Below are positions 38,849-49,019 of a stretch of DNA of 64,000 nt, one piece after another. How positions within the stretch are numbered: position 1 is the first letter of the stretch; every line of letters starts with the position of its first letter. The DNA lies in the NCBI GenBank assembly GCA_038207335.1, contig JBBQZX010000026.1, positions 1-64,000 of the forward strand, written 5' to 3'. Below the pieces are notes generated by a model. That model saw nothing but the letters and a program-made list of their open reading frames with translations. It was not told where the DNA came from and ran no database searches. The stretch is from Chthoniobacterales bacterium. Its GTDB lineage: Bacteria > Verrucomicrobiota > Verrucomicrobiia > Chthoniobacterales > Chthoniobacteraceae. The position numbers and the translations under genes were made by a program.

Positions 38849-40144
38849 ATGAAACGCGTTTTCGTCTCGTTTGCCGTTCTCCTTGCCATCTCCTCCACCA
38901 CACTCGCGGCGATCAAGTCGGAGGCTCCCGACTACTTCGCCCGCGCTCAGGACGCGATCTCGCGTCGCGACTTCGATTCTGCCCTGAACGCGCTCGATTC
39001 CGCTTTGAAAGAAGCGCCGGACAACGCCACGGCGCGGCTCTGGCGCGGGCGTTTGCGCGCGGATCGCGGCGCATTCGATCGCGCGCTGGAGGACTTGGAC
39101 GAGGCTGTGCGACTCGCTCCGCAAAGCGCGGAAGCGATCGCTGCACGCGGATTCGTGAAGCAAAAAAAAGGGGACGCCGACGGCGCGCTCGCCGACTTCG
39201 ACAGCGCGCTGCGAATCGATCCCGCGAACGATCTAGCGCTCTACTGCCGCGGCCTGCTGCACGGTGGTGCGGGGCAGTTGCAGGCCGCGCTTGGTGATCT
39301 CAATGCCGCGCTCGCCGCGAATCCGCGTAACTCTGCGGCGCTTGCGTCACGCGGCCAAATCCACCTCATGCGCCAGGAGATCGACGAAGCGACTGCGGAC
39401 TTTGAGGCGTGTCTCGAAATCGATCCGAAGGATCCCGCCGGATTCACCGGCCGCGCTGCGGCGGAATTTGCAAACGGCGACTACGAAAAAGCAGCCACCG
39501 ACTACACGGAGGTCATCCGGTTGCTGCCCCAGGATTCGCGTCCCCTTGCGCAGCGCGGCTACGCGCGAGCGGCTCTAGAGCAGACCGACAAAGCGCTCGA
39601 AGACTTCGACGCCGCCTTGAAACTCGACCCGAAAGACACCGCCGCGCTGATCGGGCGCGCCGGGATTCGTCGCGTACAGAAAAAGCTCCCCGAGGCGGTC
39701 GCGGATTACACCACGATCCTCGCCAGCGACGCCCGCGACCTGGGCGCTCTCATGGGCCGCGCCTCCGCGTTCTATGTGATGGGCGAACTCAAAAAAGCGA
39801 CCGACGACTATGCCGTCGCTATCAAGTCCCGCCCGGACTTTCCGCAGGCATGGAACGACTACGCATGGCTCCTCGCCACGGCGAAAGACGACGCCGCGCG
39901 CGATGGGAAAACCGCCGTCGAATACGCGACAAAAGCCTGCGAGCTGACCGACTGGAAAAACGGCGCATATCTCGACACGCTGGCCGCCGCAAACGCCGAG
40001 AAGGGCGACTTTGAAGCCGCGCTAAAGTGGCAAAACGAAGCCGTATCCGCCTCCGGCACCGAGCTCGAAGAAGTGCAGGCGGAAATCAAAAGCCGCATCG
40101 AACTTTACCAACAGAAAAAGCCCTACCGCGAAGAGCCGAAGTAG
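38849..40144 (+). CDS. Secreted tetratricopeptide repeat protein
   Basis: About 9 TPR units (A..RG......A..D...AL..DP); C-terminal AWLLAT...YLDTLAAA. Confidence 0.92.
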   Translation: MKRVFVSFAVLLAISSTTLAAIKSEAPDYFARAQDAISRRDFDSALNALDSALKEAPDNATARLWRGRLRADRGAFDRALEDLDEAVRLAPQSAEAIAARGFVKQKKGDADGALADFDSALRIDPANDLALYCRGLLHGGAGQLQAALGDLNAALAANPRNSAALASRGQIHLMRQEIDEATADFEACLEIDPKDPAGFTGRAAAEFANGDYEKAATDYTEVIRLLPQDSRPLAQRGYARAALEQTDKALEDFDAALKLDPKDTAALIGRAGIRRVQKKLPEAVADYTTILASDARDLGALMGRASAFYVMGELKKATDDYAVAIKSRPDFPQAWNDYAWLLATAKDDAARDGKTAVEYATKACELTDWKNGAYLDTLAAANAEKGDFEAALKWQNEAVSASGTELEEVQAEIKSRIELYQQKKPYREEPK

Positions 40145-40176
40145 CACCGGGTGGCGCACTCGGGACGCATCCTTTC

Positions 40177-40638
40177 CTAAAGAGGTAACCTTTGTGCCTG
40201 ACGGCAGCCCATCGTGAGCAACACGTTGGCCCAGAGGGATTGGTCGCCGGTTTGGATTGTGAGGACGTGATCGGGGGACTCGACGAATTTGTAGAAGTCC
40301 CATTTCAGGATCGGCTCGAGCGCGAGTGTGACGCCCGCTTCGCTGAGGACGGTGCGGTATTCGTTCCAGACTGGCGGCTCTCCCGCGGCTGCGTAGGAGT
40401 CATCGGGCGGGATGCCCATCGTGTTCACACGGTCGATCGGAACGGCGCTCAGAATCGCGCGGAGGACTTGCGCGCAGGTCACCAAGCCGGGTGAAAGATT
40501 GAGGCAGACGACCTCGGAATTCGGTCCGCGCTTTGTGGACGCGGGGTAATTTCCATCGGCGATGAGGATCGCGGAATGATGCCCGGCGCGGCCGAGCACG
40601 TCGTTGATTTTCGGATGAATGAGCTGGTGCTTGAGCAT
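40177..40638 (-). CDS. RbsD/FucU family sugar mutarotase
   Basis: GHHSAILIADGNYP, FY, IQTGD..WAN. Confidence 0.88.
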   Translation of the reverse strand: MLKHQLIHPKINDVLGRAGHHSAILIADGNYPASTKRGPNSEVVCLNLSPGLVTCAQVLRAILSAVPIDRVNTMGIPPDDSYAAAGEPPVWNEYRTVLSEAGVTLALEPILKWDFYKFVESPDHVLTIQTGDQSLWANVLLTMGCRQAQRLPL

Positions 40639-40640
40639 GG

Positions 40641-41447
40641 TCAGTGGCCGCGAACGTAGTGTGCAAAAGCTTTCGCGGTCTGCGCGGCGGCGGCGTGAGA
40701 GTCGGGAAGAGGAAGAATTTCGGCGGAAAGGTAACCGTCGTAACCGATGTCGTGGAGCGCTTGCATGATCGGCGCGACATCGGTGTGGCCGAACCCGATC
40801 GCTCGACGGTTGCTGTCGGCAAAATGCACATGTCCGATGCGTTTCGCGGCGACTCGGAATGCGTCCGGAATTGACGATTCCTCGATGTTCATGTGAAAGA
40901 GGTCGGCGAGCAGTTTGACGTTCGGAATGCCTGACTCGTCGAGGAACGCAGCCGCGTCTGCGACGCGATTAAAGAGGTTCGTTTCGTAGCGGTTGAGAGG
41001 CTCGAAGAGCAGGGTCGTGGTGCTGGCAGCGAGATCGGTGAGTGCGCAGCGAAGCCAGTCCATCGCTTGATCGCGGGACACCTCCGGTTCCACGCGGCCC
41101 TGCATCGAGCCGATGATCGCTGGGGCATGGAACTGCGCCGCAATCTCGATGATCGAGCGGATGAAATCGCGAGCCTGCGTACGGATCGCCGCGTCGGGAT
41201 GGCAAAGGTGCCACTTGTTCACGACCCAGCCGCCGCCTGTACCGATGGCCGCGACGGCAAGCCGATACCGCTCGCACAGCGCGCGGATTTCATCGACCGG
41301 AATCGCGGAGGCGGAGGCGGGGAAAATCTCGACGGCATCGAAGCCGAGCGCGGCGGCTTGCGCGAACGCATCGGCAAGTCCGTCCCAAAAAACGAACGGT
41401 CCGCCTTTCGCCTGCGGCACGAGCGAAACCGTGATCGCCGACTTCAT
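40641..41447 (-). CDS. Sugar phosphate isomerase/epimerase
   Basis: EPLNRYE, DLFHMNIEE, HVHFADSNR, SAE. Confidence 0.9.
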   Translation of the reverse strand: MKSAITVSLVPQAKGGPFVFWDGLADAFAQAAALGFDAVEIFPASASAIPVDEIRALCERYRLAVAAIGTGGGWVVNKWHLCHPDAAIRTQARDFIRSIIEIAAQFHAPAIIGSMQGRVEPEVSRDQAMDWLRCALTDLAASTTTLLFEPLNRYETNLFNRVADAAAFLDESGIPNVKLLADLFHMNIEESSIPDAFRVAAKRIGHVHFADSNRRAIGFGHTDVAPIMQALHDIGYDGYLSAEILPLPDSHAAAAQTAKAFAHYVRGH

Positions 41448-42697
41448 TCGCCGATGAAAAGCGGCCGTAAGTGGCGTTGGTACAAGTTCTCCGTGACATT
41501 GCGCGCGACGACTTCCTCGTTGGCCTTCAGCAGATCGAGGTAACGCGCGCCTGCCTTCGCCGCGAGTTTGAAGGAAACGTGGAGCAGTTGCCGGAAGCTG
41601 GCGTTGAAGAGCGGATGCTGCTGATCGTGTCGGAGCGCGCCGGTGTATTGCTCGCTCGTCCAGCCGGCGACTTCGTCCGCGGTCGGGAGTCTTGCGCGGT
41701 TGATGTCGATCACGGACGCGTACGGCGCGGTTAGCTCGTCCACATGCTCGATCGCGTAGGCGTAGATTTCTTTCGCGAAACCGAGCGCGTCGCCGCCGGC
41801 TTCGGCCAGACCGATGAGCTCTTCGAGCCATGTCGTTCCGGCGGTTTTGAGATGCAGCCCGGCGTCGAAATCCGAGAGCGCGTGGCGGATGATCGGGTAG
41901 AGCGAAAACTTGTCGCTGCCGGAGTGGACACTGAGTTTCAGCGTCGCGGGCAGGCCGTATTTTTCGATGGCAAATGCGATGACCGCGAGGTCGTCATGGA
42001 ACTCTTTTTCGAACTGCGCGAGGTCGCCGACGTAGTCTACGCCTTTGTTGAATCGACCCGTGAATTTCGGCGCGATGGTCTGCGCCGGGATGCCTTCGTC
42101 GGCGATCGCGGCGAGGATCACCAGCAGCTCCGGCGGCGTCTGAGGTGAGTCGGTTTCATCCATTGAAACCTCGGCAATCATCGCGTCCACGCCTTTCTGC
42201 TCGACGACGTGGCGGTAGATTTTTCCCGCGTCCTGGACGGCGAGGAGGAACTTCTCCGCGATGCGCTGCACCTCCTGGCGCGTCGTGTGAAAAGGCGTAG
42301 CAATTTTCGGAATCTCAATCGTCCCGATCAGCTCGGGATGCCGATCCACAAAGGCTTTCACGGCTTCCGCACTCGCGGGCTGCCCGATGGAATCGGCGAC
42401 ATCGAGCGTGAAGAAATCCGAATGCGGAATGAAGCGATCGACGGTCTCCAGTCGGATATGGTCGGCATCGACGTGCCATCCTTTTTCCCAGTCGAGCGCC
42501 TCCACCGCAACCCGCGCGGCGACGAGCACGGATGCCGGCTCGGACCCGATGAACGTGTGCTCGCGATTCGATTTATTCCAGACGGGCACCACCTCGACGC
42601 CGTCTTTCGAGAGAAGCTGGCACGCGCGAAGTTGGGCTTTCGCCTGATGAGCAAAACGGTCGCCGACGCCAATCGAGAATTTTTCGAGCGCCAGCAT
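41444..42697 (-). CDS. uxaE: Tagaturonate/fructuronate epimerase family protein
   Basis: GVGDRF, DADHI, EVSMDET, KGVDYVGD, HSGSDKF, HLKTAGTTWLE. Confidence 0.85.
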   Translation of the reverse strand: MLALEKFSIGVGDRFAHQAKAQLRACQLLSKDGVEVVPVWNKSNREHTFIGSEPASVLVAARVAVEALDWEKGWHVDADHIRLETVDRFIPHSDFFTLDVADSIGQPASAEAVKAFVDRHPELIGTIEIPKIATPFHTTRQEVQRIAEKFLLAVQDAGKIYRHVVEQKGVDAMIAEVSMDETDSPQTPPELLVILAAIADEGIPAQTIAPKFTGRFNKGVDYVGDLAQFEKEFHDDLAVIAFAIEKYGLPATLKLSVHSGSDKFSLYPIIRHALSDFDAGLHLKTAGTTWLEELIGLAEAGGDALGFAKEIYAYAIEHVDELTAPYASVIDINRARLPTADEVAGWTSEQYTGALRHDQQHPLFNASFRQLLHVSFKLAAKAGARYLDLLKANEEVVARNVTENLYQRHLRPLFIGE

Positions 42698-42699
42698 TT

Positions 42700-44040
42700 T
42701 CAGAGCGGTTTGATCGACACGTCGCGAAACATCACGGGATCGTTGTGCCCCGCGAAGCCGAAGAAGCCGCTGGTGCGGTCTTTGCCGGGATGGGCGCTGT
42801 GGGCCATGACGGCGGTCATGTCCACGGTGCTCAGGTCGGTGTCGAGGATGACGGTGCCGTTGAGTTCGACGCGGATGGTCGAGCCTTTGATCGTCACTTC
42901 CTGGAAATTCCAGTCGCCGATTGGATGCTGGTATCCGCGTTGCGCGGCGACCATTCCGTAGGCCGAACCGTGGGCCTGCCGGGGGTCGATTTTGCCGCGC
43001 ACTTTTTCGTAATTGTCGTCGAGCACCTGCAGCTCGCACATGCCCTGATAGGCGGTGTCCCCATTGAGCGCGCAGCGGATGGCGAGGCCGTTGTTTCCGC
43101 CGGGCGGAACCTTGAATTCCAGCCGTGCGACGAAGTCCGCGTATTCGTCCTTGGTCAGCAGATTTCCACCTTTGCCGGGTTTGCAGCCGATCGCGCCGTC
43201 GCGAACTTCGTAATTGTCCACGGCACCCTGCCAGCCTGCGAGGTCCGTGCCATTGAAGAGCGATTTGAAGCCCGCATCCGCGCCGTGGCTGGCGAGGATT
43301 TTGTTCGCTTCGTCGCTGCCGATTTCGCGGATGAAAATGTTGCGCCATTTGATCGAAGCGCCGTGCGTTTGCAGGCAGATCGGACCGCGCGGAAGGATCG
43401 GAGTTTTGCGGTCGTAGTAATTTTCGAGGGTTGCGTGATCGACGACGAGTTGGTCGTTCAGCCAGACGCTGACGCGCGCTCCGACCATGAGCACGCGGAA
43501 GTGGTTCCACTCGCCGGATGGCTTGTCCGCGAGCACCAGCGGATCTTTACCCGGCGCGCCGGGCGAGTTGTTCCAGAGCCCGCCGCTTCCTTTGTCCGCG
43601 CCGTTCTTGAATTCGCGGGCGTTGGTGTGATCCCAAATCTGCACCTGCGGGACGTTGCGGAGATAAATTCCCGAGTCGCCGAGCGGGGCCATGTTGTAAT
43701 CCACGAACAGCTCGAAGTCGCCGTATTCCTTCTCGGTCGTCGCGTAGTCGCCCTTGCCGTCGTTGAGCAGTTCACCGCCTTCCGCCTTCCAGTGTTCGTG
43801 CATCGTCGCGGTCCATTTTTCGATCTGCGCGGCACGGGTGGCGTCGTCCATCGCCGCGAGTTTCCGTGGATCGAAGGTGCTGCCGCCCCGCCAGCCGGTG
43901 AGGTCGGTGCCGTTGAAAAGCGCGGTGAAGCCCGCGGGTGGTGCGGTCTCCGCGCGGACTGAAAACTGCAGCGAAACCACTGCCAGAGCGGTGGCGAAAA
44001 CATGGGAAACGAAACGGCGACGGAGCAGGGGAATTTTCAT
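42700..44040 (-). CDS. Tandem DUF1080 (3-keto-disaccharide hydrolase-like) protein
   Basis: Two LFNGTDL.GW ... ELQV/QVQI ... GEWN/GDWN ... FRNI/FRDV-type domains. Confidence 0.88.
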   Translation of the reverse strand: MKIPLLRRRFVSHVFATALAVVSLQFSVRAETAPPAGFTALFNGTDLTGWRGGSTFDPRKLAAMDDATRAAQIEKWTATMHEHWKAEGGELLNDGKGDYATTEKEYGDFELFVDYNMAPLGDSGIYLRNVPQVQIWDHTNAREFKNGADKGSGGLWNNSPGAPGKDPLVLADKPSGEWNHFRVLMVGARVSVWLNDQLVVDHATLENYYDRKTPILPRGPICLQTHGASIKWRNIFIREIGSDEANKILASHGADAGFKSLFNGTDLAGWQGAVDNYEVRDGAIGCKPGKGGNLLTKDEYADFVARLEFKVPPGGNNGLAIRCALNGDTAYQGMCELQVLDDNYEKVRGKIDPRQAHGSAYGMVAAQRGYQHPIGDWNFQEVTIKGSTIRVELNGTVILDTDLSTVDMTAVMAHSAHPGKDRTSGFFGFAGHNDPVMFRDVSIKPL

Positions 44041-44339
44041 AAGTCGGCAAAAGGTTGAACGCCCCGCGCCGTCCCCGGCGAGCAAATTGAAGAGAGCCAG
44101 CCGCTTCGCAAAATATGGGAGCAGCTAAGCTTCAAAGCTTATCATTCTGAGTGCCTACGAAGAATCTCCAGCCTCTGTCTTTCTCACGCGCTCGAAGTGA
44201 AAGGTACAGAATTGCGATCTTTCGCTGGCTCAAGATGACGGGCTTTTCCAAGTGAGCCATCACCAGTTCCGGCGAGTCCGCGCCCGCTTGCCCGACTCCA
44301 CGTCCGCACGGAGCTCACGCCGGCCTCGCCGCCGCGCGA

Positions 44340-47300
44340 TCAAGCCACTTCGACCGCGTGAACGTCGGGAGTCGGTCCGACGGCAAAGGAGTCCTGGACG
44401 GCAGTTTTGCTGCTGAACGCGAATTTTGTGCTGCCGACTTTGAGGGAGCCGATCTGCTGGGCGCTGAAAAGAAATGTGCTGCCTGGGACCGCACCGGGCG
44501 CGCCCGAGATGCCGGCAGTCACGCTGATGCTGGCGATGCGGGAAACGATGGCCGCATTCACGTCGGCAATCGCGGTGCCGTCGGGCTTCACGCCGGCGAG
44601 GACGTTGCTCCGCGACCAACTTCCTTTCGCCACCACCGCGCCGATTTGCACGTCGGAGCGGAGCGGCGAAAGGCTGGTGCTGTAGCCGGCGAGGAGGTCG
44701 AGGCGGGACACGTCGCCGCTGACGGTGAGCGATTTGATCGCGTTGGCTTTCGACGAGGACGCCGGCGCGGCCAGACCTTCGGCGACTATGTGGACATTCG
44801 CGGTGGCGGCGCCGCGCACGTCGCCGGTGATCTTGATCGAACTTAGCGTGGAGCCGCTGAAGATGCCGGTGAGCGTGTTGCTCCCGCCGAAGAGCGAGCC
44901 GCTGATCGTGATCGCGCCGATGGTGCCGAGGTCGCTCATGCCGAGGTCGGCAAAAATGGACCCGGCGTAGTCTCCCGAGCCGCCGATCAAGTCGCCGCTG
45001 ATTTTGACCGACGCGATGTTCCCACCCGCCGTAATGCTGCCGGACTGCACGCCGCTGCCACCGTAAACGCTGCGGCCGATCGTCACCTTCCCGATGCTGG
45101 TCGGGCTCTCGATGTTGCCCGTGTCCGGGCCGGAGCCGCCGTAAAGCGAGCCGCTCACGGTGATGTTGCCGATCTTGCCGAGCGCCGCGACGCAGGCGGA
45201 ATCCTCCACGGTGCCGCCGCGGACATCGCCCTTGATGGTGACGCGGCTGAGATCGACCGTGGCGCTGAGCGCGGCGGCGTTGCCCAGACCGATGATCGAG
45301 CCGCCGATCGTCGCCTTGGCGAGCGTGCCGAAGACAGCGAACCCGACGCCATTCACGTCGGTCGCGACGGTGAGCTTCGAGACTTTCCCGAACAGGTTGC
45401 TCTGCGGCGAAGTCGCTCCAGTGCTTGATCCGCGGCCCCCGAGCGAATGCAACGTGAGCGTGCCGACCGCCGCCACCGTCGCGCTACTGCTGCCGCCTGC
45501 GATCACGCCCACGTCGCCGGGCGTCGTCACTTTCGTAAGATCGACGCCCGTGAAATCGATCGCGCCGATATCCACGAACCCGTCGCCGCCATTCGCCGAG
45601 CTGCGCGCCGCAGTGATCGTGAGGCTCGCCTTCTTCCCATTGAAATCCGCGTCGTTGGCGAGATTGATCCGCCGGAGCTGCCCGCTGGTCGCGTCGGGGA
45701 ATTCAAAGTTCGCGAGGTCGAACTTGCCCTTGTCCGTCTTGATCGTCACGAGGTCGCCGTCCACGTCGGAGAAGGTGAAAGTCTTGCCGTCGGCGGAAAG
45801 GACGCGCTCGCCACCGATGAACGGCGTGAAAGCGACGGGCGGGAGCGGCGCAGCAGCGTCGAGCTCACGCACCCGGAGGTCGAAAGTCGCGCCGACGTTG
45901 AACTCATCCTCAGCCGTGTTCGACGCGGTCGTCTTCGTCAGCGGGAAGGTCGCCTTGCCGACCTTCAGCGACCCGATTTGCTCCGCCGTGAAGGCGTAGC
46001 GATCCGAGCCGCCGTCCGTCCCGCGAGCTTCGCCGGTGATCGCGATGCTCGCGATTTTCGTGAAGATGGACGCGCTCACGCCGGCGATCACGCTGTCGTC
46101 GGGCGTGCCAAATTTCCCATCCATGCCCGGGTTCACGCCCGCCGAGATCGAGCCGCCGATCCAGTCGCCTTTCACCACGACTTTTCCGATCTGCGCGTCG
46201 GCGACCAGCGCCGCACCCGCCGTGTCAAAGCCCGCGATGACTCTGGCAAAATGCACGCTGCCGGTGACGGTGAGACTCTTCAGCGTGGAAGACTTGGCGT
46301 CCTTGCCGGAGCTGATGAATGCAGGGTTCGCAGCCGATCCGAAGACGCTGCCGCCGACCGTCACCGCGCCGAGCGAGCCGCCCGCAAAGACGCCCGTGCG
46401 CCCGCTCGTGCCGCCATCGAGATTGCCGGAAATGGTCACGTTGCCGATCGCGCCGAGCGACTTCACCGAGCCGGAAAAGTCCCCCGCGCCGCCGATCAGA
46501 TTGCCCGTGATCTTCACCGAACTGATCGCGCCCATCGCCGAGATGCCGCCGCTCGCGGTCCCGCCGTGCACGTCGTGCGAGATAGTCACCGCGCCGATCG
46601 TCGAGCCCGAGATGAGCGTCGCGCTATTCGCCCCAGTCCCGCCGAAGATCGACCCGCTCACCTTCACCTTGCCGATCGACGCACCCGTGATCGATGCCGA
46701 GCCCGCGCCCACGCCGCCGAGCAGATTCCCACCGATCGTGGTCGTCCCGATCGAGCCTGCCGCGATGACCGACCCGCTGTTCGCCGTCGCGCCGCCGATG
46801 AGCGAGTGACTGACCGTCAGCGTCCCGATCTTGCCATTCACCCCCGTCACATTCACGAACGCCCCGTCGATATCCGTCGTCACCGCGAGCTTCGTCAGCG
46901 GCCCGTTGATATCACTCTCCAGCGACCCGCCCACGCCCTGCGTCGTGAGCCCGTAGCGCCCGAGCGAATTCACCGTCAGCGTCGTGATCGCCGCCTTCGT
47001 CGAGCCCGTCCCCGCGTCGATCTGCCCGAGATCGCCCGACACCGTCACCTTCCCGAGATCGATCCCGTGCGCGTCGATCGCCCCCACATTCACCAGCCCG
47101 TCCCCGCCCAGCGGCCCCGGCTTCGCAGTGATCGTGATCGTCGCCCCCGTGTTGTCGTAGTCCGCGACCCCATTCCCCAGGCTCAGGTTCAAAAGCTGGA
47201 GCTGCTTCCCGCCCAGCACCGCCCCCGGCGCGCTCGCGAGCAGGAATTCCGCGGGGTCCAGTTTCCCCTTCGTCGTCTTCACCGTCACGATGTCGCCGTC

Positions 47301-48872
47301 CACGTCCGTGTAGGTGAAAGTCTTCCCGTCCGCCGACCCGCTCAGATTCGTGCCGAGGACGATGAAAGCCTTCTCCGCGACCTGCCCGCTCGGCGGGATC
47401 CACGCCGCGTCGTCGAGCCCGTCGCCGTTGATGTCCCCGATGAAGTTGAAGGTGCCGTAATTATGCAGCGTCGGCGTGATGTCCGGGCGAAAGAGATACG
47501 TCCCGCTGCCCTTCGTGCTGTTCAGGGTGTAGAGGCCGCTCTTCTGCGTGCCGTTGTAAATGGCGAGAGTCCCCGCGCCGTCCAGATACGCCAGGTAATC
47601 CGTCACGCCATCGCCATCGAAATCGCCCGGATCGTAGAACAAGTCGGAGATGCCCCCGTTGCCGTAGGGATTCCTGCCGTCCGGCCCGACCAGCACCTGC
47701 CGCGTCAGTGTCTGCGGCTTGGTAAAAGGATTCGTCGAAAAGCCCGACCCGCTGTTCTTCGCCCACACGAAGCCCTCCGTCTTTTCGGGAAAGCCGAAAT
47801 TGAAAGGAATCCCGAGATCGAGCTTCCCGTCGCCGTCGATGTCACGCAGCACGACCTTGCTCCCCACGAAATATTGGTGCGGCGTCGTCACCGTCGGGAT
47901 GTCAAAGCCCTGCGCCGCCGTGAGCGTCACCACATTCAGCACCGCCGTGCTCGTCGTCTGGCCGAAGACCACCGTCGTGTGCAGCGTCCCCCCATTGGGC
48001 AGATTCCCCACGCCAATGTCGTCGCGACCGTCCTGATTCACATCGCCGATGAAGCCCACGCTGGCCCCGATCCTGTCGTTCGACTTACTCGACGCGATCA
48101 GAAAGCCGTTCGTGCCATTGAGCGACGCCGTCGAGAGCGTCGGCGTGAAAGCGCCCGTATGCCCGAAGATCACGAACACCCCGCCCCCGCCCGTCTGCAC
48201 GAATGCCGACACATCCGGCGCGCCCACCAGGATATCCGCAAAGCCATCACCATTGTAATCGCCGCCCTGTCCCTCACCCAGCAGCACGCGCCCGCCCACC
48301 ACCGTGCCCACCCCGCCCGGGAAGCTGCGATCGTCCCCCGCGATCTTAAAGCCATTCGTCCCATTGAGCCCCCCGATATTCTGCGTGGCCGGCAGCGCCG
48401 CGCCGCCAAAGAACACATACACCTCCCCATCCCCGCCGCTCCCAGTCGATGACGCACCGATCACGATGTCATCGAAGCCGTCCCCATTCACATCCCCCGC
48501 GCTCGCCACCGCCTTGCCAAAGCCGCCGCCCTTCCCACCGATCAGCACCCCGCTCGTCCCCAGCGCATCGAGATTGATATTCACCGGAAACCCACCCGGA
48601 CGCCCCCAGATCACCGCCACCAGCCCCTGATTCCCGGGGCTACTATCCGCATGACCGGTATCCGAGCCGATGAGAAGATCATCGTATCCGTCCCCATTCA
48701 CATCCCCGCCATTGGCGATCGCCGTATAGCCCGGTTGAAACGCCTGTGTATCCACGCCCCCAGTCACCGTGAAGCCATTCGAGCCATTGAGCCCGAGTAG
48801 CGAGAAAGTCGTAAAAGCCGGAGCGATACGGGTCTCGAGAGGTTCGATAAAAGTGCGGCGGCGTTGGATCAT
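44340..48872 (-). CDS. Large extracellular protein: FG-GAP repeats plus duplicated beta-helix-like modules
   Basis: N-terminal RRTFIEPLETRIAPA; GDVNGDGxDD repeats; two SADGKTFTxxDVDGD modules followed by IGxVTIxGxLxGG repeats. Confidence 0.9.
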   Translation of the reverse strand: MIQRRRTFIEPLETRIAPAFTTFSLLGLNGSNGFTVTGGVDTQAFQPGYTAIANGGDVNGDGYDDLLIGSDTGHADSSPGNQGLVAVIWGRPGGFPVNINLDALGTSGVLIGGKGGGFGKAVASAGDVNGDGFDDIVIGASSTGSGGDGEVYVFFGGAALPATQNIGGLNGTNGFKIAGDDRSFPGGVGTVVGGRVLLGEGQGGDYNGDGFADILVGAPDVSAFVQTGGGGVFVIFGHTGAFTPTLSTASLNGTNGFLIASSKSNDRIGASVGFIGDVNQDGRDDIGVGNLPNGGTLHTTVVFGQTTSTAVLNVVTLTAAQGFDIPTVTTPHQYFVGSKVVLRDIDGDGKLDLGIPFNFGFPEKTEGFVWAKNSGSGFSTNPFTKPQTLTRQVLVGPDGRNPYGNGGISDLFYDPGDFDGDGVTDYLAYLDGAGTLAIYNGTQKSGLYTLNSTKGSGTYLFRPDITPTLHNYGTFNFIGDINGDGLDDAAWIPPSGQVAEKAFIVLGTNLSGSADGKTFTYTDVDGDIVTVKTTKGKLDPAEFLLASAPGAVLGGKQLQLLNLSLGNGVADYDNTGATITITAKPGPLGGDGLVNVGAIDAHGIDLGKVTVSGDLGQIDAGTGSTKAAITTLTVNSLGRYGLTTQGVGGSLESDINGPLTKLAVTTDIDGAFVNVTGVNGKIGTLTVSHSLIGGATANSGSVIAAGSIGTTTIGGNLLGGVGAGSASITGASIGKVKVSGSIFGGTGANSATLISGSTIGAVTISHDVHGGTASGGISAMGAISSVKITGNLIGGAGDFSGSVKSLGAIGNVTISGNLDGGTSGRTGVFAGGSLGAVTVGGSVFGSAANPAFISSGKDAKSSTLKSLTVTGSVHFARVIAGFDTAGAALVADAQIGKVVVKGDWIGGSISAGVNPGMDGKFGTPDDSVIAGVSASIFTKIASIAITGEARGTDGGSDRYAFTAEQIGSLKVGKATFPLTKTTASNTAEDEFNVGATFDLRVRELDAAAPLPPVAFTPFIGGERVLSADGKTFTFSDVDGDLVTIKTDKGKFDLANFEFPDATSGQLRRINLANDADFNGKKASLTITAARSSANGGDGFVDIGAIDFTGVDLTKVTTPGDVGVIAGGSSSATVAAVGTLTLHSLGGRGSSTGATSPQSNLFGKVSKLTVATDVNGVGFAVFGTLAKATIGGSIIGLGNAAALSATVDLSRVTIKGDVRGGTVEDSACVAALGKIGNITVSGSLYGGSGPDTGNIESPTSIGKVTIGRSVYGGSGVQSGSITAGGNIASVKISGDLIGGSGDYAGSIFADLGMSDLGTIGAITISGSLFGGSNTLTGIFSGSTLSSIKITGDVRGAATANVHIVAEGLAAPASSSKANAIKSLTVSGDVSRLDLLAGYSTSLSPLRSDVQIGAVVAKGSWSRSNVLAGVKPDGTAIADVNAAIVSRIASISVTAGISGAPGAVPGSTFLFSAQQIGSLKVGSTKFAFSSKTAVQDSFAVGPTPDVHAVEVA

Positions 48873-49019
48873 GAGGGTAGTGTTTTGGGGGTTTTGAGAA
48901 AAATTCGCACGATCCTGAGAGCGAAGCGGCCGCAGGAATCGGCGCGACTTAGGCGAACCGAAAGCCCATGTCAACGGGGACTGTCCACGCCGGGTGTCCT
49001 GTCCTCCATTCTGGCCCGG

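Noticed and set aside
45447..48452. 1001-aa plus-strand ORF
   Set aside because: Arg/His-rich antisense shadow of the FG-GAP protein, typical of high-GC DNA.
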